From Camelus dromedarius (lineage: Eukaryota): DNA of 64,000 nucleotides. Positions 55,251 to 64,000 of this stretch are shown here, piece by piece; within the stretch, counting starts at the first letter, position 1, and the number at the start of each line of letters is the position of its first letter. The notes beneath the pieces were generated by a model. That model was not told where the DNA came from. It was given only the letters and a program-made list of their open reading frames with translations, and made no database searches. Location of the stretch: positions 34,536,001-34,600,000 of the forward strand of contig NC_087436.1 in the NCBI RefSeq assembly GCF_036321535.1, in the 5' to 3' direction. The translations under genes were made by a program, and so were the position numbers.

Positions 55251-56214
55251 ACCTCACACCAGTCAGAATGCCCATCATTAAAAAGTTCATGAATGATAAA
55301 TGCTAGAGAGAGTGTGGAGAAAAGGGAACCCTCCTACACCGCTGGTGGGAATGTAATCTGGTACAATCATTATGGAAAACAGTATGGAGATTCCTCAAAA
55401 AAACTAAAAATAGACTTATCCTATGATCCAGCAAACTCACTCCTGGGCATATATCCAGAGGGAACATTAATTCAAAAGGATACATGCACCCCAATGTTCA
55501 TAGCAGCATTATTGACAATAGCCAAGACATAGAAACAACCTAAATGTCCATTGACAGATGACTGGATAAAGAAGCTATGGTATATTTATACAACAGAATA
55601 CTACTCAGCCATAAAAAAGAATAAAATAATGCCATTTGCAGCAACATAATGGACTTGGAAATTGTCATTCTAAGTGAAGTAAGGCAGAAAGATAAATAAA
55701 ATTATCATATGATATCACTCATATGTGGAATCTAAAAAAAAGATGAACTTATTTGCAAAACAGAAACAGACTCACAGAAGAAAACAAGTTTATGATTATT
55801 GGGGGAGTAGGTGGGAAGGGATAAATTGGGAGCTTGAGATTTGTAGATACTAACTACTGTATATAAAATAGATAAACAAGTTTATATTGTATAGTAAATG
55901 GTCAATATATACAATTTTTATGAAAATGCTCATTCAATGATTGATTACCAAGATTTTAAGAGTTAACACTAGAAAAGTAAGAAACTGAATTATAAGTTAT
56001 ATTCAATATCTTATAGTAACCTATAATGAAAAAGAATATGTAAACAAATATATGTGTGTATGTATATATATATACATGACTGAAACATGCTGCACACCAG
56101 AAATTGACACCTTGTAAACTGACAAGGCTTCAATTTAAATAAATAAATAAATAAAAACAAATAAATAAAAGAAGAGAAAGGAAATGTTTAGTTAGAAATG
56201 AAACAAAAGAAAAG
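55251..56214 (+). mobile_element. Young 5'-truncated L1 (ORF2 C-terminus, 3' UTR, A-rich tail)
   Basis: ORF 55293-55532 ([24 protein letters not shown]...[19 protein letters not shown]) is L1 ORF2 C-terminal sequence. Same 3' UTR family as 47330-47658. (AAAT)n tail. TSD aaaaa(c/g)cttcatg at 55238-55250 and 56215-56227. Confidence 0.95.
55896..55991 (-). repeat. 96-bp inverted copy of 54648-54743 inserted in the L1 3' UTR
   Basis: Reverse complement matches 54648-54743 at 95/96 positions by eye. Confidence 0.92.
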
Positions 56215-58019
56215 AAAAAGCTTCATGGTCATCTTTATTTCTCTAAGATCACAATTAACACAAATTTTAGTCAGTGCTTCCTAGGCAAGCTTAAAGCCTG
56301 TGGATGTGGCGCAGACCATCTGAGCTGAATAGACACAGTCAATCAGTGAGGGAAAATGTCTAGACATTAAGGGATAATATTTTATATTTATTTGTATACC
56401 AAGAATAAACGATAAAACATAGATGATACTTTTCACCAAGATAATTACCTAAATTTTTGTGCTGCTGCCATTAAGCTTGCTTTATTTTATAAGGCAAATT
56501 TCCCATAACTATAAATGCTGAAGCTTACACAGTTATCTAGCGATCTAATAAAAGAAATCTGCTTTGGCTTCCATTTTATGGACTGGTTTCCAGGGGCTTA
56601 TTATTACAGGAAAATTATATGGCTCTTCTCTTTGTTTTGGCACCAACGCAAAGCCTCACAGTGGCGATGGCTTTGTGAACCTTGGAGAAATATAATCACT
56701 GCTCATTTTTTTTATGAAGTAAGTAATTCATGGAAGAAATCCTTATTCTGCTTTGAACATAATAATAAATATGTTTGCATTTTAAAACTATAAGAGTTAT
56801 TTTATTTTCTCAGATTGAAAAAAAAACTTCAGTGGCACTTGGGGTAGAGACATGCTCTTAAAAATATGGTGAGTTGATTGTTTTTGGAAAGAGGGACCCT
56901 TCAATAAATCTGGGGATAAATATCACCAAGGAAAAGACAAGTAGTTTGATTTTAGTAACTCAGAGCTTTGCTCTTAGTCTGTGCTTCTCTCCCCAGCACA
57001 TTAATGGAAGCCTGGAGCCCAAGTATTTTCAGATTCTTATGTTTTTATATTAGAAATCCCTAGTCTTTGTACAGACTTCTTTATCTACAAGTGGAAAGGC
57101 AAGATATTATTTACAGGGTGCATATAGACATTGAAAGAATAAAATGTTCTTTTTGTTAAGGGTACATTTTTGAAATATTGAATGCAATGGGATGGTCTAT
57201 AACAGGCTTTGAGGACTTTTCCTTGCAATATTGACCATTCTATTCTGCTATTAGAAGCTAATTTTATTCCTGTTTTTATTGCAGTGCTTTTTCCTTTTTG
57301 AACTCTTTACCATATAAGTAAGATTCATGAATTCAAAGATACAGTTTATGTTAAGAATACAAAGGAGTGGCATTTAAAGATAGTAACACTTGAAGTATAT
57401 ATACATTACCATAATTTTGATTTTTTCTGTAAAACAGGTGATGTTTGTGAATTCAGTGATTGATTTAAATAGAAGAGAAAGCAAGCAGTATCCAAATTTC
57501 TCAATAGTCAATAGAATAAACACTAGTTGCTCTGCCCAGACAAAACACATGGATCTTAATTTTTTTTACACGTTTACAAAATGTATTTAAGTTGATGGTG
57601 GGTATACTCATTAAGTTTGAAACAACAGTACTGCAAATTAACTTTTAGAAAATTACAATCCTATTAATTTGCTTCACTATTTTGTTAAACCTATAATCGA
57701 GGCATAAAATACAATATGCAATTAGTAAAAAGCTATTTTGTAGTTTTTGCATCAAATTTATTTCAGTTTTTAAAAATTTCATATGGTTTATGAAGTTTGA
57801 AATATTTTTCATTTTATGCACTTGTAAAGATTTGCTAAGAGATGATAATCATCTATTAAAATAAAAAGCATGTTTTCAAATAAATTCCAATATTAATATA
57901 TAAAGAAATTCTCCATTCATTGATTGGTGGCTATCAGCTACCTATTTTATGACTTGATTAAAAAATATTTCCTTGTGCCCTTCCAAATAAGAAATATTGA
58001 CAAAAATTATGAATGTTAA

Positions 58020-58600
58020 TAATATTTAATATTGGCAAAAAATGTTTGATCAATGGGAAATAGCACACTTTATGGCATTATAAATGAATATAACATCTTT
58101 GAAAAATTAATTATCAAGTTAAACTTGAACATTGCAAATGGTCCAGAAATTTCCTTTTAAGTACATATTCTTCAGAATATATGCTAGTGGAAATGTATAC
58201 AAAAATATTCATAACAGGATTGTATGTGATACATTTTCTCCAAGTGGAACCATCCCGAATACCAGTCACAGGGGAATGGATAAAAAATATTGGTTTATTT
58301 CACCAATAAAATATATGGCAATGAATAATAATTAACTGCATTTATGAGTCTCAAGAATATAATACTGAGTGAAAATGTAGAAGACTGGAGTACACTATTT
58401 TTACAAATGTAAAGTTCAATCAAAATCAAATACTATATCACTCAAATATTCATATAGATAATGTAATTTTATAAAACGATACAGTAATTAACAAAACATT
58501 TAAATGAGGGAGTAGATAGGAGTCTCCTAAATTTTCTATTATGTTTTACAACTTACATGTGCATATTTAGCAAATATTACACAATTGATAAAGAAAAGAT
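58020..58600 (+). mobile_element. Ancient L1ME-like 3' fragment
   Basis: gtatacaaaaatattcataacaggattg...gggaatggataaaaaatattgg...tctcaagaatataatactgagtgaaaa. Confidence 0.65.
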
Positions 58601-58924
58601 AAATAACTTCAACATTAATTCCAAATGTTTCACAAGTATGTTTTGAAAAAAATGTCCAAAGAATTATAATTGAATAAGGACAATTTAGAAGCAAATCCTA
58701 AAAACCAAGAGCTCCCTGAATATATCTTTTATTTTCAGGACATTAATTTAAACTTGAATTATAGCAATAGATTATATTATATTACTAGAATATGAGTGTA
58801 AATTAAAACAATAGTACAATTTTTAGAGTATGTCTTCAGCGTGGGCATATTAAGAATGTTTTTATGTCAAAGAGCTTGTTAAAATCATGTCCTTTTGATG
58901 ATTTCCTAACTGAGGAAACAATTG

Positions 58925-59577
58925 TGGTACAACCAAGCAGGATGCTATGGGGCCTTCCCGGGGCAGACCCCCACACCTCATGTCCTCTGCCTACCTCTTC
59001 TTTGTAGAAAAATTGTAGTTTCACAGGCCTCCCCTTGGTTCAAGAATTAATGTTTGAAAGGATGTGAACATGTAGTGACAAAAATAGAGGTTGGGACAGG
59101 AGAACTGGTAAGAATTTAAATAGTAAATCAGTCATACGGCAGGCACAGAATCTTTAGTTTCTCCCTGAAGTACCTGGATAACAGTATCTGATGCACACTT
59201 TCTGAGTTGTTTTACAGATGCTAAAACCCCCACCAAATGGAAAAAATTAACTACTTGATGACTATAAGCACCAGTAACCCCCAGACCTACTGGAACCTGA
59301 GGATTGATCGTGTTGACCATTGTGACACTGCCCTGTTCCCTCACCACCAGCCAATCAGAGAATTGTGCATGAGCTGATCACTCACCTTGCAACTCCCCTC
59401 CTTCACCTTGCCACTAAAAACACTTCCTGAAACTCTTCTGGGTGTTCGGGTCTTTTGAGCATGAGCCATCCTATTCTTTCTCAGCCCTGCAATAAACCTT
59501 TCTGCACTCCAAATTTCAGCATCTTAGTTTGTTTGTCCTCAGTGTTCTTTGGACACATGAACTTGGGTTCAATAACA
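58925..59577 (+). mobile_element. Solo ERV1-type LTR
   Basis: TG...CA ends (tggtacaaccaagcagg...ttcaataaca), CCAAT (agccaatcagag), TATA-like ctaaaaa, AATAAA at 59491. TSD not clean. Confidence 0.8.
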
Positions 59578-59628
59578 ATGAAACTGTGGTCATTGCTGTA
59601 TCATAACACACGATCAGCTGGCTAGTTC

Positions 59629-60000
59629 TGAGACCAGAGGGAAGGGGGCCGGGCACAACCGCTGAAGGACTGACATGGCAGTTGAGGACAGGGCAAACTG
59701 GTTAGAGACCAAGGTGGCAGAAGATTCGCCTTCCAGTAGAATTTAAGCCTCACTGCACACCCACAGGCACCCGGCCCTCTCCCAACATAGTTAGAATAAT
59801 TCTCCTACTCATTAGCATATGAAATAACCAAGCCCATTAAAAACTAACAACTCTGTAGCTCTCTCCCCTTCTGAGACAGCCCGCATTCTGTCTATAGAGT
59901 GTTTATCTCCCTGAATAAACAAATAAACTTTCTTTCACTTTACTGTGCCTCACTCTTGAATTCTTTCCTACACAATACAAGACCCTATTCTCCAGCAACA
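59629..60000 (+). mobile_element. Solo ERV1-type LTR (372 bp) with perfect 4-bp TSD
   Basis: tgagaccag...cagcaaca, TSD gttc at 59625-59628 and 60001-60004, two AATAAA at about 59914 and 59922, octamer-like attagcat. Confidence 0.88.
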
Positions 60001-61468
60001 GTTCCTTTGAACTCTTATCAAACACCATGTTCTGAAGAAATCAATGCTACAGAAAAACACTCTTATTAAGCCTCATTTCAGCCCTTCTCAGGAATATACA
60101 AAAGACCAAAACTTCTGTTCTCTTTATAAATACTAGCAACATCTTAATTAAAGCCCTGACTTGACACAATTTATAAAACAAAAAAAATTTTTTTGAGGCT
60201 TAAGAATAACAATTCCCAAAGGGGATATATTTTAATTGACGAAGACCTTGAGAATTTAAACAAAGACAACAATGTAAATTTAACATTATGTACAGCAACA
60301 TCCCAAGCTTGAAGTAACTTAAACGCTGCTCTCTGTGTACCCACTATACCGTGATGGAATCTGTCTCCCGCACTGAACCGTGACGCACTTGGAATAAAAC
60401 TGAATCTTTTGTATCCTTCACTCCTTTCGCTGTACTGGACAGTTAGTAAATCCTCAATAATTGTCTACCATAAATGAATGGATAGGAGGAAAGACACATC
60501 AGTTAATTAATTAATTAGATTTTTTCAGGGCCAATAATTTGAAAATCCCATAAAGAACAAGTTATGTCAGTTTATAATAGTTTTATCTAGAGGATTCCTA
60601 TTGCTGCCAACTAAATATTTCTAATAAATGACCATGCTTTGTTCTTTAAATCAATTTTCTTTGCCTTTTTCAGATGGAAAGTCTTTTTTTTAAAGTAAAA
60701 TCCATAAAATGTATAATAAACTAATCAAAACAAACAGATGTATTGAACTTTTTGGTGGCAACCTGAAAGCAATGCAGCAGAATGTGTATACATGGTGGTA
60801 GAGGGTGGGTGCAGGCAGGGAGCGACATTCCTCTATTCTGAATACCACGTACTTTCCTACTTAAAAAAAGACAGTCCATCATACCATAAATTGCCCTTAC
60901 AAAATAGAAATGTGACAGCCCTGTAATACTCACAGGTTCATAAATAACTATGTGCTAATACTAAAAATAATATTATGCCAGTTTGAGGTTCCCTTAATCT
61001 TACTCACTTTCTTAGAGTTTCATTGATTCCAGAGGCTTCGATCTGTTTCTCTAAAAATTACATAAGATGATTCTGAAGGTGCCTAAGGAGCGAACAAACC
61101 CAGGGGAAAAAAAGGAGAAAGAAGCAGTACATCAAAAACAGCAACTCTAAGGCCCTAAAGGGAACTACATTTCTTTCTTTAATCCAAATTACCAGCGATC
61201 CGACAAGGCGAGAGAGAGGAGTAACTCCTCAATTCAACCCAACTGTGTAACAGAAGATCATCTCTGTGCTTGGATGCTTTTTCCCGAAATAATCCCTGAA
61301 GTTTTCAACTTCTCTGACGCCTGATAATAATAAAACGAGCCATTGATCTCTCCTGACTAATCCCAAATATGGAATTGAATGTTAAAAATCAGATACTAGA
61401 AATAGAAGCCTCCCTGACTCCACTGTTTGAAAAGGTCAAGTATTGATTTTCCCTTTTAGTTGGGGTTC

Positions 61469-61477
61469 TGTGCGTGT

Positions 61478-61508
<31 letters not shown>
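61469..61508. repeat. Imperfect (TG)n microsatellite
   Basis: About 20 TG units with two interruptions. Confidence 0.95.
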
Positions 61509-62257
61509 AGTGAGATTGGGGGAGGGGTGCCTCTTTTGTGTGCTGGTCTGGAGTATGCATGTCTGAGTGTGTCTGTGTCTGTGTTTCCGTGGGGGATGGG
61601 GGAGGAGGCACCAATTATTTGCAAGGGAAGTATTCATGGCCTTTGAAAACAGCCATTGAGGACAAGAATGAGCAGGAGGCAGGCTGCATTTCATAATGTT
61701 AATTTCCCTATTAGCTAGGAGGCCAGTGAGTCTATAGATTCTGCCTCTGCTTGCTCTTTTGCTGGACACTGAATACAATAAAGAAAGAAGCTACAGAGAA
61801 GCATTTCACAAAAATCTGAAAACAGATTTAATGCAGCTAAGTAGCTAAAAATAAAAATCTTTAAGGCCTGATCAAACCAATGAAATATCTGGGGTCAACT
61901 GGAAAACTAAAATGCCTTTCTCATGTTATTCCAAATGGAATTTGAGGTCAAAAAGCACAACAATGAACTCCTTCTTCCATTTAGGATACTTCTCAGATTT
62001 TGTAGCTATTGTTTCAATTTATCAGTATGGTCCTGAAACACAGCACTGCTTTGTAACTCTGAAAAAGCAGGGAAACTATGCTGAAGTACTGAATACCACT
62101 TCACTCACATCACGACAAAAAATATATTTAAAGAAACCTTGCTTTTTATGGATAATGCACATACAACAGCAGTGTGTGTACATATACATTCTTACATTTT
62201 TGCACATATACATAAGGTGTCACTGAGAGTACAGAATAAGAAGTCACATGACTCTTA

Positions 62258-63535
62258 ATTCATTCAACAGGTTTTTTCCAGAGTGTCTTCAATGTACAAG
62301 TCAGTGTTCTAGGCACTGGGTATGCAAAGGTCATTTTTAAAAATCCTGGCCTTTATAAATCTCACATTCTTGGGGGAGGCAGCAATAAATAAGACAGGTA
62401 AAATATGTGAAATAGATTGTATGCTAAAAAGAGGAAAGTGCTAAGAAAAAATAAATCTTGGAAAGGAAAGAGAAATTGTGTTGGGGAAGGTGAAATTTTA
62501 CATAAGATGGCCCATGAGGCGCTCACTGAGACAGTGACATTTTCCTAAAGATTTAAGTGAGAAAGAGATCATGTATCAATAGAAGTTGAACATGAGAAGC
62601 AGATGCTTCTCTTTGTATGTCAAACAGAACAAAGTACTCAACACAGGGAATAATGTGTTCACAGAGATTAAGGAGGTCTACCACTGATTAAAAGAGCTGA
62701 AGTACTCACCATCTTAGCTGTGGTGGAGAAAACAGAACATGGTGGCTATTATATCTCCATCAAACCACCAGTGCCTAGACGTGCATGAAATTGGGGACAG
62801 GCTGAGGCCACCAGTGCAACAGCCTGAAGGTACTCATGAGGAGCAAGGAAGATGGCCTCTACCTTGCTTCCATGTTTTAAACTGCTTCAAGTGCATTTAA
62901 TTGGTGGACACTGTTCACATCCCAGATTCTAGACAATCTAGAGAATTCTAGAGAACCTAGATTTGGGCTTTGCAAATGAAATGAGGATAGGATTAATGTT
63001 GAGATATCCTATTCAAAAGTTGTATCAGATCGAAATTATTAGGAAACAGTGCCCAATCAGATAGATATTCTCAGGTCTTTTAATGACTTTGGCTTTATTC
63101 TCTGAGTGATATTGGAAGTCATTAGTGACTTTCCAGAAGAGTGACATGATTTGTCTGAAGTTTTAATAGGGCAGATGTGACTGCTGTTCTGAGAAAAAAC
63201 AATAAAGGGTGGAAAGGGTAAAACAATCCAGGCAATACAGCTTTCATAAGAGTGAAGAGAAGAGGTCACAGTCTAGATACATTTTGAAAATCCAGTTAAC
63301 TGAATTTACCTTTAGATTTGTTGTGAAAAAGAAAGAGAAAAAAATCAAGGATGATTCCAAGGTTTTATTCTTTGAAATTGGGAGGAATGAGCTGCCATTA
63401 ACTGAAATGCCAACAATGTTAAGAAAAGTAGGCTAGTGTTGGGGAGGGAGAGATTAGAAACTCAGTTTGGCACATTTTAAGTGACATTCAAATAGGATTT
63501 CAAGTAGGAGCTTGGACATATGAATCTGTAGTTAG
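62258..63535 (-). mobile_element. L2 LINE fragment interrupted by an MLT1-like LTR (about 62570-63020)
   Basis: attcattcaaca...gtgttctaggcactggg (antisense L2 3' end). Resumes with aaatcaaggatgattccaaggtttt...gagctgccattaactgaaatg...ctcagtttggcacatttt. Confidence 0.75.
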
Positions 63536-64000
63536 GATAATATTTAAGAATAACATATCAATTTACCAAAATAATCCTGTGTCTGTTTGCCAAGCATGTT
63601 GAATATAGAAAAATTTATTCCTTATTCTTAGCTTGTAGAGAACCTTTTCCCCTTCTTCCCTTAAAATTAGTTCATGTGTTTTACTGAAGTAAAAAAAAAA
63701 TTTCTTTACTTAATCACATCTTCCAATGAATATTAAGTTTGCTGACCTCTTGTACCATTCATCCATATCTGTAAGACATTGTTAAAAGAGTGATTAAAAG
63801 TTAATTGAAGATTAAAATTGTTGAGCATTGAGGAATCTCTGTTACTTTTAAGCAGAATCTTTAATAATTCTGAAAGCAGAATGCTTCAGCCATCCAGACA
63901 TGCAAAGCACTAATCCCTTCTGTTTCCGGAGATAACCATTTATTTCCATTTCCAAATGAATCCATCTGCTCACGTGACCTGAGTTCAGAAGGAGTGGAAT

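Noticed and set aside
55293..55532. 79-aa ORF
   Set aside because: Fragment of L1 ORF2 in a truncated element, not a host gene.
58925..60000. One provirus or a nested LTR pair
   Set aside because: The two LTRs are not similar, there is no PBS or internal sequence between them, and the second has its own TSD.
61389..61778. ORFs with THTHTH or CVCVCV runs
   Set aside because: Translation of the (TG)n microsatellite.

Overview
AT-rich mammalian nuclear DNA with no intact protein-coding gene, RNA gene or prokaryotic feature that I can support; it reads as intronic or gene-desert sequence. A tRNA-derived SINE of the Vic-1 type and two young L1 3' ends suggest a camelid (inference from remembered consensus sequences). 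Most of the window is decayed repeats: L1, L2, MIR, MaLR/ERVL/ERV1 LTRs, MER44/Tigger7 and MER91. There is also a degenerate ERVL internal region with a recognisable RNase H. The most notable items are: (1) a frameshifted processed pseudogene of a short, divergent cTAGE/MIA2-family gene at about 34.3-35.75 kb; (2) a solo LTR followed by a 26-nt copy of the tRNA-Arg 3' end that runs past A58, then a second copy of the U5 end (19.3-19.8 kb); (3) a 96-bp inverted templated copy of nearby unique DNA inside a young L1 (54.6 kb and 55.9 kb); (4) several repeat-free blocks that look like conserved enhancers. I did not find a convincing new multi-gene system. Repeat family names come from recall, not from a database search.
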